This document shows positions 11,739 through 21,563 of a stretch of DNA of 64,000 nucleotides, piece after piece. The number at the start of each line of letters is the position of its first letter. The first letter of the stretch is position 1. Source of the DNA: Nemertoderma westbladi (lineage: Eukaryota; Animalia; Xenacoelomorpha); contig JAUCBJ010004934.1 in NCBI GenBank assembly GCA_032718475.1, forward strand, positions 1 through 64,000, given 5' to 3'. The notes under the pieces are model-generated. The model made no database searches. It saw only the letters and a program-made list of their open reading frames with translations, and was not told the DNA's origin. Both the position numbers and the translations under genes were made by a program.

Positions 11739-12566
11739 ATGACGTCCATGCACGCCGGTTACGGTACCGGTAACTACGGCAACCAGGGCCCCAACAACCC
11801 GCCCCCGGTCGGGCCTGGCTTCGCGTTCCGGCGGCGTCAGGAACGGCTCGACTGGCGGAAACTCGGAGCCGTCGACGTGGATAGAATCTCCCGCGAACTC
11901 GACTATCGCGCTCTGCAGGACAACGTGATGAACGTAACCTTCTGCAACATCGACCAAGAGATAGACCCCAGAACGCTGGACCCCAACTTCGTGAAACTAT
12001 TTAAACTCGCCCAACTCACAATCGAGTACCTCCTCCACTCGCAGCAGTACCTCACGGATACGATACTCCGGATGGAGACGCAACTACGTAAAGTCGGTGA
12101 CCACCGACACAACGCCATCAACATTCTGGATCACAGAGAGGACGAACTCAAAGCCTCAAAAAAGGAGAATAAAAAACGGAGGAAGATTATCGAGACTCAA
12201 CAAGCCATGATGACTGCGGGGTCTAACAACTACCACAAGTGTCCGTACTGCGCGAAGGCTTTCCTTGGTCCGCAGTACCTACAAGACCACTTGGAGAGGC
12301 GTCATATAGAACAGATTGAGAAGTCGGACAGTAATAAAGCCAATCAGGCCTTAGAGAAAGAGATTGAACGTCTTAAAGAGAGATTGAAAGACCAGGAAGA
12401 TCGCTTGGAGAGAGATAGGAATAATTCTTTGGCGAGGGAGCAGGCCTTGTTATTGGCGAGGAGTATGGGAGGAGGGAAGGAAGAGGGGGGTGGAGAGTGG
12501 AGGATTGCTCAGCTGGAGAGTCAGCAGAGACAGATGGAAAGTCTCAGAGAGAGTTTACTGAAGGAG
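11739..12566 (+). CDS. DZIP1: DZIP1/DZIP1L (Iguana) family ciliary protein, exon 1: Dzip-like N-terminal domain, C2H2 zinc finger, coiled coil
   Basis: Motifs FRRRQERLDWRKLGAVDVDRI, KLFKLAQLTIEYLLHSQQYL and CPYCAKAFLGPQYLQDHLERRH are characteristic of the family. First ATG at 11739; donor GAG|GTAAGT, phase 0. Confidence 0.92.
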
Positions 12567-13403
12567 GTAAGTTAGTCTAATAGGAGAGAGTTTACTGAAG
12601 GAGGTAAGTTAATATAATATGAGAGAGCTTACTGAAGGAGGTAAGTTAATCTAATAGGAGAGAGTTTACTGAATGGGGTAAGTTAATCTTATATGGGAGA
12701 GCTTACTGAAGGAGGTAAGTTAATCTAATATGGGATAGCTTACTTAAGGAGGTAAGTTAATCTTATATGGGATAGCTTACTTAAGGAGGTAAGTTAATTT
12801 AATATGAGAGAGCTTACTTAAGGAGGTAAGTTAATCTAATATGAGAGAGTTTACTGAATGGGGTAAGTTAATCTTATATGGGAGAAGGGAGAGCTTACTG
12901 AAGGAGGTAAGTTGATCTAATATGGGAGAGCTTACTGAAGGAGGTAAGTTAATTTAATATGAGAGAGCTTACTTAAGGGGGTAAGTTAATATAATATGAG
13001 AGAGCTTACTGAAGGAGGTAAGTTAATCTTATATGGGAGAGCTTACTGAAGGAGGTAAGTTAATCTAATATGGGAGAGCTTACTTAAGGAGGTAAGTTAA
13101 TATAATATGAGAGAGCTTACTGAGGGAGCTAAGTTAATATAATATGAGAGAGCTTACTGAAGGAGGTAAGTTAATCTAATAGGAGAGAGTTTACTGAAGG
13201 AGGTAAGTTAATCTAATAGGAGAGAGTTTACTGAAGGAGGTAAGTTAATTTAATATGAGAGAGTTTACTTAAGGGGGTAAGTTAATATAATATGAGAGAG
13301 CTTACTGAAGGAGGTAAGTTAATCTTATATGGGAGAGCTTACTGAAGGAGGTAAGTTAATCTAATAGGAGAGAGCTTACTGAATGGGGTAAGTTAATCTT
13401 ATA
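12546..13403 (+). repeat. ~37-bp minisatellite (~23 copies) made of the DZIP1 exon 1/intron junction
   Basis: Unit GAGAGAG(T/C)TTACTGAAGGAG|GTAAGTTAATCTAATA(G/T); the first copy overlaps the coding exon end and its donor. Confidence 0.95.
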
Positions 13404-13631
13404 TAATTTAATAGGAAAAGGAAATGGTTTATATAGTAGGAGAGAAGTTTCTTAGGGAGGTCTCATAAAATGTCCAGAATTGTTTTCATAATTTTCACTT
13501 CAGTTACATAAGTTTTCAAACAAAACCAGATCAGTGAAAAACCACTAATCAGTGATTTGTAACAATTTCGGATTACCATGATAATTCATGACCACTATAA
13601 TAAATTAGTCCTCCACAATCGATCCTTACAG

Positions 13632-15551
13632 GTTCGGGAATTAACGGGAAAACAATCGCAAAGTGAATCGAATCTGCGAGAAGCGTTGAGTCGGCGAGAA
13701 CGGAGAGCGAACAGAGAGGATGAAGACGAGTTGATGAGGAAACAGAGAGAAGAGTTGGCGATAATTAAAGAATCTCTCCGGAAGAAGATGTTCGATGTAG
13801 ACGGGATGGTGAAAGAGAGTGAAGGGAGATGGAAGTCGAGGTTGAAGCAACTCAAAGAGGAACATCGGGAGGAGGTACGGAGGCTAAACGGGGCCTTGGA
13901 GGACACCAACTCGAGGTTACGGTTGGTGCAGGAGGGAGCAGGAAGCAGTGGGAGTTACAACGCCGAGGTAGAGGCGTTACAGAGTCGAGTTAGGGAGCAA
14001 AGAGAGGAGATAGAACGACTAGAAAGGGAGCATCGAAGGGAGCCCATAGAACGGGCGTTAACGCCCCCCGAACGGGCACTGACGCCCACAGAACGCGCCC
14101 GCACGCCCCCGCGCCCACCGCCCAGACGCCGGCCGCCGCCCCCCTCCGACGATGACGTCACAGACACCGAGGAGGTCCTGCTGCCCTTCACGTACAGCAA
14201 GTCGCCCCGGTTACTCGCCGCGCTGAAACGCGACCCGCGGCTTCTCGCCGCCGCCAAACCGGGGTTGATTAAAGGCATCGAGGCGGATTTGTATTCTAGG
14301 GGGATTCCGCAGGGCGCCAAGGCGATCAGCGACGCGGCCTTCGGGGAAGCGATGGGGAGGCTGCGGTTGGAACGGAAGGAGTTCGCGAGGGAGATCGGGT
14401 CGGATGAGTACGGGCAGCTACGGAGGGCCGTGGCCGCGGATGTAGATCGGTTCGCGAAGGAGAGGATGGAGAGCAGGGCGAAACCGAGGCGAAACCAGAA
14501 GGTTAAGTTCGTGTCGAGGTCGGGGAGGGGGCATCAAGGGTATGGGGGGTCCCCACAGAGGGGGCATGATGAGTACAGGGGGTCACCAGGGAGGGGGCAT
14601 GATGAGTACAGGGGATCACCAGGGAGGGGGCATGATGAGTACAGGGGATCACCGGAGAGGAGGGAGTACGGGGGGTCCCCACAGAGGGGGCATCAAGGGT
14701 ACGGGGGGTCCCCACAGAGGGGGCAGAGGGAGTACGGGAGGTCCCCCCAGAGGGGGCACCATGAGTACGAGGGTTCCCCGGCTAGGGGACAGTACCCGGG
14801 CGAGCGAGTACGGCTGAAGAAGGACGTGGATTACCAGAACGTAGGCGTGAAATCGCCGACGAAGAGTGGAGGTTACAGGGGGGCAGGGTCGCCGGCGAGG
14901 GGTGGGGTGTCGCCTGCGAGAGCGACACGGGACGGACGGGACATCAACCGGGACAGTCGGGACGTCAACCGGGACAGTTTGGGCAGCAGCTGGAGTTCCC
15001 GTCGGGGGGCGGACGAAGCCGACGCTGTAATCGACTGGGACGACGTCTCGGAACTGGCCCCCTCCGCCTCGAGCCCCCAACACCGGCGCGGCGGCCACCA
15101 ACCGGTGCTGACCAGCACCCCCAGTAAGAAGCGCCCCCAAGCGGCGGCTCGGGAATCCCGGGGGATGGTGGCCGAGCTCACGGAGAGTATCGAGCGCCAA
15201 CTAGCGACTAGGAAGGGAATCGATTCGGCGGGTGCCGGGGCCGTCGACACGGTGAAGGACTTTAAGGATGACGACGAGGTTTCCGAACCGTTCTCTAACT
15301 CATCGCAAGAGGGCGACGGTAAGGGGAGGCACCGCCACGAAGGGGGCGGCGGCGGCGGGGGGCGCCCGGGGTCGGGGGGGCAGTCTGGCAGACACAGACA
15401 CGGCGACGCCGCCAGGGACTCGGTGAACTCCTACGGATCCTCTTTGTGGAGTAAATCCGGTGTCGGGGGTGCACCGCATTCCGGTGCTGGCCCCACCGGT
15501 GTCAGCGCCAGTAGCTGGGACACAGAGAGCATTGAGGACATACACATATAA
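13632..15551 (+). CDS. DZIP1: DZIP1-family exon 2: coiled coil, Pro/Arg-rich segment, SP-containing 11-aa repeats, disordered tail (spliced protein 915 aa)
   Basis: Acceptor ccttacag|GTT joins exon 1 in phase 0; open to TAA at 15549-15551; AATAAA motifs follow at ~15800-15850. Confidence 0.85.
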   Translation, partial: VRELTGKQSQSESNLREALSRRERRANREDEDELMRKQREELAIIKESLRKKMFDVDGMVKESEGRWKSRLKQLKEEHREEVRRLNGALEDTNSRLRLVQEGAGSSGSYNAEVEALQSRVREQREEIERLEREHRREPIERALTPPERALTPTERARTPPRPPPRRRPPPPSDDDVTDTEEVLLPFTYSKSPRLLAALKRDPRLLAAAKPGLIKGIEADLYSRGIPQGAKAISDAAFGEAMGRLRLERKEFAREIGSDEYGQLRRAVAADVDRFAKERMESRAKPRRNQKVKFVSRSGRGHQGYGGSPQRGHDEYRGSPGRGHDEYRGSPGRGHDEYRGSPERREYGGSPQRGHQGYGGSPQRGQREYGRSPQRGHHEYEGSPARGQYPGERVRLKKDVDYQNVGVKSPTKSGGYRGAGSPARGGVSPARATRDGRDINRDSRDVNRDSLGSSWSSRRGADEADAVIDWDDVSELAPSASSPQHRRGGHQPVLTSTPSKKRPQAAARESRGMVAELTESIERQLATRKGIDSAGAGAVDTVKDFKDDDEVSEPFSNSSQEGDGKGRHRHEGGGGGGGRPGSGGQSGRHRHGDAARDSVNSYGSSLWSKSGVGGAPHSGAGPTGVSASSWDTESIEDIHI

Positions 15552-16450
15552 CTTATTAGCCCAGAATATATTTATTGACAAACAGTTTATTTATTTACTC
15601 GGGTATTTTATTTATTGTAAATAAGTTCAGTTTGTATAACGAGTTCCTAGACTCTAAGACATTCCAAACTTGCATTCCCATTGGCCAATAGATATTTCAC
15701 TTTGTTTAAATGTATATAGTTTACTGTATTTTATTTTATTTAGAGTAAATTGGATTAATAGGAGACCTGCCCTACAAGGTGGAAGGAATTACGTCATACG
15801 AAAATAAATTGTTAATTGTTTAATTAATAAATAAAATTAATTAATAAACACGTAATTAATTGCGGTTTGATCTGACAGTTAAAAGAAATCTGTACGTTTT
15901 AGTTCCTTTTTTAATTAATTTATAAATATATTTATTATGATTCTCAACTACACTGAAAGAAGTAACTGGCGTTTTTTTTACTAAAAAACCACCGGTTTTC
16001 CAAAAAAGCTGCCCTTAAAGTGCAACACCAGAACGAGGCGCTTTTTTTGGAAAACCGGCGGTTAAAAAATTTCAAATAAACTAACGCTTTATTAGGATTA
16101 TAGTTGCTTATCAAACCTGCAGTTATAAAATTAATAAGTGGTTGTTTAATTTTTATAAGATGGCCTTTTTCTTGAATAACACGGACTTTCTATTTGGACG
16201 AGTGTATATGATACCGCTATGTAATTCAATTTATTTCTTATTATATTGGAAATCCATTATGGGTTCGTGGTGAGCAGAAAAAACGGAAAATAATAACAAC
16301 AAGAAGTTTCTTTATTCGAATTACTTCTTTAAAAAAAGAAGTCCCAGCGATAATTTTTCATATCAATATGGTTCTATTTGAATTTAAACAGCGGGTCTCG
16401 GCCTTCAACATCGTTAATACTAATATAAACTTGCGCCTCCGACCACTAAC

Positions 16451-16618
16451 CGATTCTATCTCCGTTAACAACCCGTTCTTCGTGGCGATGACTTGATCTT
16501 CCGTGCCACTCAGACTGACAGTAATTCCCGGATCCAAACACGTCGAACATATCTTATTGCCAATCTCCTTCACGCTCTCAATGTCAGCATCTTTGGCGGA
16601 AATTCCGTTGCGAATTTC
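16451..16618 (-). CDS. SYNE1: Nesprin-1-like exon (EIRNGISAKDADIESVKEIG...LTEIES)
   Basis: Acceptor tttgttttgtag| and donor TCG|GTTAGT; 168 bp, phase 0/0. Confidence 0.85.
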
Positions 16619-16716
16619 CTACAAAACAAAATTTATACTAAAACAACCGGTTTTTAAAGTACGATCATAATAAATAATATTATATTGGTTGGGGTTGGAG
16701 ATCACATTAGCAGCAG

Positions 16717-16870
16717 CAGCTGATGTGGTCGAGTGGTGACATCCTGGGCTTCCAATTAGGAAGCCCTGGTTCGATCCCTAGGTGGGACAGCACTGTTTTG
16801 GCACAGTGCTTTAAATGCTGCAGGCCCGGGCTTTCATCCTTCAGTTGTCGATAAATAGGAACCAAGGCAA
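16717..16870 (+). mobile_element. tRNA-derived SINE-like element (3' boundary uncertain)
   Basis: A box TGGTCGAGTGG and B box GGTTCGATCCC without a full cloverleaf. The downstream body (CAGCACTGTTT...CTTTAAATGCTGCAG) is shared with a second copy at 9106-9161. Confidence 0.65.
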
Positions 16871-17015
16871 CTTGGTAAACAGACTGGAAGGGTTTACTGT
16901 GGAAGATCACCCATGGTGGAGAACTTTCCTTGGCTAACGAGCCTAAAAGTTTCTCCATTCATTCGCCTAGGATATCGTGATATTGCAGTTATTAGTTACT
17001 AATTATGTAACTTAC

Positions 17016-17165
17016 TTGGCATGACTGCAAAGCCTGGTTCACACTAATCTCATGAGCAATCTTCTTATTGGCTAACACCGTCGTCTTAGCAACACTAAAC
17101 CATTGGATTAAATCCTCCACTACTTTTTCATATTCCAGCCAATGAGAGTGGAGTAATTCCAACAT
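17016..17165 (-). CDS. SYNE1: Nesprin-1-like exon (MLELLHSHWLEYEKVVEDLIQWF...SVNQALQSCQ)
   Basis: Acceptor tattccag| and donor CAA|GTAAGT; 150 bp, phase 0/0; resembles recalled nesprin-1 WSEYE...WF...SVQNALKDCQ. Confidence 0.88.
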
Positions 17166-17285
17166 CTGGAATAATAAAGGAATTTAATTTGAGGAAATGA
17201 AACGCAATCGCACACAATGTTTTATAAAGTTTGCCAATTTAATTCCAATTACTTCCATAACACTGACTACTAAATATCCATTCAC

Positions 17286-17441
17286 CTTGAGACGATCTTG
17301 TACAGACTCTGACACAGTTTGGTAACGATTGTTCGCGATGTTAATGTGTTCGTTAAGTTCTACTGGTTGGTTGGGTTCCATCCTCGAGTGGTTAACATAA
17401 TCCAATTGGTTTCGCTTACTCGTCATATCTATACCGATACT
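17286..17441 (-). CDS. SYNE1: Nesprin-1-like exon (SIGIDMTSKRNQLDYVNHS...VQDRLK)
   Basis: Acceptor tttatttag| and donor AAG|GTGAAT; 156 bp, phase 0/0. Confidence 0.85.
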
Positions 17442-18167
17442 CTAAATAAACGGAAACACAAGAAATTCATTCAACTGGAATCACTTAAAAATTAATATTA
17501 ATAACAAAATATTAACAAACTTAATAATATTCGACAATTAATTAAATTAGTCAGATAACAAAAAATTTTAAATCACGAAAATTAATTATATATATAAAAT
17601 AAAAATGAAAAAATAATGAAAAGTTATAGGGTTCGAAATAATTCCTTTAATAATTTCAGATTATAAATCCGCTCAGACACAACAAATCGTTTAACAGCAA
17701 CTAAATAAATTAGGCGATTAACCCAACAAAATACCAATTAATTTAATATCGATCGGTCCCGGTTACAATCTAAGGGAAATGATTGGCAGATGGGAACGGA
17801 AGGATTGTAAATAACGACCAATAATACCAACACAATAAAAAGGGCCCAGATGTAATAAATGTTTCTGTAATTAAAGATACCCACTGGATAAATGGATGTG
17901 TGTCACACTCTCTTGGTGGGGGGTCCCGGTACAGCAATCCACGGAAGACACGCGTTGGCGACTATATATAAATACCTTTTGTGTGGCAATGCCTGTCTAT
18001 CACGCAATAGCAGCTACCACACACGCTACGCAATGATCGACACAGATGTTTACTAATAATAGAACGACACAATTAAGTGAATGACTCATTTGTATCTGAT
18101 TATATTGTGAAGTGTAAACCACTAGTAACGTATTTATCCCGTTTCCGCAACCTACAACGCGACTAAC

Positions 18168-18284
18168 CTTGTACTTATGTAGTTGTTTTAGCACAATCTG
18201 AGCGGACGTCAACCGAGTGTGTTCAATGTCGTCACACATCGTCGAATGAACGCCGTCCAACCACAAACTCAGTTCCTTTAGGAC
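18168..18284 (-). CDS. SYNE1: Nesprin-1-like exon (VLKELSLWLDGV...QLHKYK)
   Basis: Acceptor ttacag| and donor AAG|GTTAGT; 117 bp, phase 0/0. Confidence 0.85.
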
Positions 18285-18811
18285 CTGTAATAGAGGCGAG
18301 GACTTGTTTTTGGGTTGATAGTCACTAAAATATTTACCTAATGTTTATGTAAACTGCCCGGGTTATGGAAACAATGCCTGTTGAAGGCTATGGATGTTCT
18401 GCCACAGTAAATCCATCATCCACTCTCTTGGAAAGTTAACATAGCTTTGTGATTTAAAGTAAAACATCTTAAAGGAATTGATTGTTTTAAATTTTCTCGA
18501 GTCAGTTATCGATACGGTACAATAATATTTAGCCACAATAATAGAACCCCGATGTCTTAAAGTCCGTCAAACGGCCTCAATGTTTTATTAAAGGGAATAT
18601 AACTGAAAGAATGTTGTTGACAGACATCCAATTATTGCTATTGAATTATTGATATTAGTGGCAGCGATGTTCTAATGCATGTAGTATCGGTGGGTACTGA
18701 TGATTTCACATTGAACTGAACTGGGCACTTTTATTAATAACAGAAACAGAATCATAAATAACAATTATATTATTAATATTACATTGGATTAATAATAATC
18801 ATATTCACTAC

Positions 18812-19018
18812 CTGTGTGGACGGCAGACTCTCGAAATGAGCAGTCGAAAGTTGATCCGCTACCATAGGCAATCTCGATTCCAGAATGTTCCACGCGGTTT
18901 CTATGGTATCCAGGGTTCGTTGTACGTAAGCGCACCCTCGTTCCTGTATGAGTTGATGTCCTCTAGACATTACAGACAGTCGGAGTCCCTGGTTCCATTG
19001 TAAATCTCTTCGGAACTC
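18812..19018 (-). CDS. SYNE1: Nesprin-1-like exon (EFRRDLQWNQGLRLSVMSRGHQLIQ...IETAWNILE...LPSTQ)
   Basis: Acceptor ctttaccttcag| and donor CAG|GTAGTG; 207 bp, phase 0/0. Confidence 0.88.
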
Positions 19019-19278
19019 CTGAAGGTAAAGTTACAAGTATAGGAGTCCATGCTGGGCTCTCTCTATCTGCTGAGGACATCAAATCTCTGGATAGCATCGA
19101 GATATCTCATTGCCCCCCCCCCCCCCCCCCCCCCCTCCAAGCTTTATATTTGAACAAAGACGCCTCCACTTTGAAGGACAATGCTTTCGCCGTGAGGACC
19201 AGCATGTGCAAAATTAGCAAGGTGGCCAACTCATGAATGACTTGGGACATCTTTTAAAAGACCACTGAACTTGAAGAC

Positions 19279-19333
19279 GGGGTAGCTTAGTTGGTTGAGC
19301 GCCGGGCCTGTAATCTAATGGTTGTAGGTTTCA
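19279..19333 (+). mobile_element. Degenerate tRNA-like/SINE head fragment
   Basis: GGGGTAGCTTAGTTGGTTGAGCGC...GTAGGTTTCAT: A box present, B box broken, no acceptor stem. Confidence 0.4.
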
Positions 19334-20063
19334 TCAATATCCATGAATTTGTTGGAACACGTCCAAATTAAATTCTTGAAACCTCGGTTAAAAATACGTT
19401 AAGGCCCGTTCACATCCAACGAACAGTACACTGTGCAGTGTACCGCAGGGCCAGCGGTACACCGCTGAGTGTGAACGACCCTGCGGTAAACGAGCGGTGT
19501 CTGTGCGGTAAATTATTTTGATTACCGTTGCGTTGACTGTGAACGACCCAACATGTAGTTGTGCGGTACACCGCGCGGTGTCCCGCAACACATTAAAATA
19601 ATGTTAATAAAATGATTGTCTTGAGAGACTGTTCAAGTCACCATGAAGAGATAGACAACAAGTTACGGCAATGGTACTGCGCAGTTTACCACTGGCTATT
19701 AGAAACATGTTCAAATGCATAATCAATGTCAAAACACTGTCGGCCTTCGCCCTCGGGCAGCTAGCTCGGACAAAACTCATTTCGTTTCCTCACTTTTTGC
19801 CAAACTGAAAAAACAAGTTTTTGTGATCCAAATAGCCTTTTCCCTCGCTTTTAGCATCAAAAGTGTTAAAAGTCGAGTTTTTAAGTAAAAAAACAGCGCT
19901 AAACCTCGATCTTATCCTCACTTTTAGCCAAACTGCGTAAAAACGAGTTTACATAACCAAAAGAGCAGCGCTTTTGACCCTATAACATCACAAAAGTGTT
20001 AAAAGACGAGTTCTTGAGTATAAAAACAGCCATAATTTTGTCAAAAGACGGCTGTGACCTGTC

Positions 20064-20376
20064 ATTAATATGAAAACAATAAAATAGGACATGGGGTCGT
20101 ATTCCCTTGGATACTACCTAGCATTTAGGGCCACTTGGGCCACTGTTAGTACTCAGGCACTAAGGCCCATCAAAAAAACAAAATACCAAATCGATTTTAG
20201 TGCTACATAACCCAACCCAACTACCACAAGAAAATTACACCAAACCATACAGTAACTACAGGTTCCGGTAAGTATTGCACGAAATAGGCTATCCCATAAA
20301 TTACGAAAAATCTAAATGCTAGGTAGTATCTGAGGGAATAAGACCCCATGTCCTATTTTATTGTTTTCATATTAAT
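20064..20376. mobile_element. MITE-like element with ~64-bp terminal inverted repeats (copy 1)
   Basis: ATTAATATGAAAACAATAAAATAGGACATGGGGTC...CTACCTAGCATTTAG and its near-perfect reverse complement at 20312-20376; TTAA at both ends. Confidence 0.7.
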
Positions 20377-21250
20377 ATTACAATCCCTCTAAAGTCGTGG
20401 TTGTCAACATCATATAATTATATATTTACAGTGACCTGTCATGGCCGACAATTAGTGGAAGTTGGGGGAGCAGTCAAGGGGATCAGTCAAGGGGATCAGT
20501 CAAGGGGAGCAGTCAAGGGGATCAGTCAAGGGGAGCAGTCAAGGGGAGCAGTCAAGGGGAGTACATTATTAAAAACATGACAAAACTTTTGGTTCTCACA
20601 ACTTTCAACAAACATTTCCAATGCGACACATCTTGAAGCAGCACACTATCCTACACTGCCTGCTAGGTAATCTACTGTTGATGTATCAGTCAATAGATTA
20701 TATGACCTGCGAGTTGGAAGTCTGACGCTCTAACCATTCAGCTAGCGGCTCAGGTAAAAGATAGACCTGGAAATACTATCTAATACCTTGTATTTCCGCA
20801 ATTTACATTCTCATGGCCTCCCACCTGTCAATACCATCATCTGCTGCCACTGAGCTCAACCCTACCGTACTCGGCCGTCTTTAACCACTCGCTACAATGA
20901 AAGAGTAGTGTATACAGAGTGTATATAGAGTAGAGTAGTGTAAAAGACTAGCTCGGACAAAACTCATTTCGTTTCCTCACTTTTTGCCAAACTGAAAAAA
21001 CAAGTTTTTGTGATCCAAATAGCCTTTTCCCTCGCTTTTAGCATCAAAAGTGTTAAAAGTCGAGTTTTTAAGTAAAAAAACAGCGCTAAACCTCGATCTT
21101 ATCCTCACTTTTAGCCAAACTGCGTAAAAACGAGTTTACATAACCAAAAGAGCAGCGCTTTTGACCCTATAACATCACAAAAGTGTTAAAAGACGAGTTC
21201 TTGAGTATAAAAACAGCCATAATTTTGTCAAAAGACGGCTGTGACCTGTC

Positions 21251-21563
21251 ATTAATATGAAAACAATAAAATAGGACATGGGGTCGTATTCCCTTGGATA
21301 CTACCTAGCATTTAGGGCCACTTGGGCCACTGTTAGTACTCAGGCACTAAGGCCCATCAAAAAAACAAAATACCAATGCGATTTTAGTGCTACATAACCC
21401 AACCCAACTACCACAAGAAAATTACACCAAACCATACAGTAACTACAGGTTCCGGTAAGTATTGCACGAAATAGGCTATCCCATAAATTACGAAAAATCT
21501 AAATGCTAGGTAGTATCTGAGGGAATAAGACCCCATGTCCTATTTTATTGTTTTCATATTAAT
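21251..21563. mobile_element. MITE-like element (copy 2, inside the duplicated segment)
   Basis: Same terminal inverted repeat pair as 20064-20376. Confidence 0.7.

Noticed and set aside
12567-13631. DZIP1 intron created simply by tandem duplication of an AG|GT segment
   Set aside because: The acceptor lies ~230 bp beyond the array in unrelated sequence, so the array looks like an expansion within an existing intron.
16717-16790. Functional tRNA genes at 16717, 19279 and 20700 (minus strand)
   Set aside because: They have A/B-box-like motifs but no complete cloverleaf or acceptor stem; treated as SINE heads.
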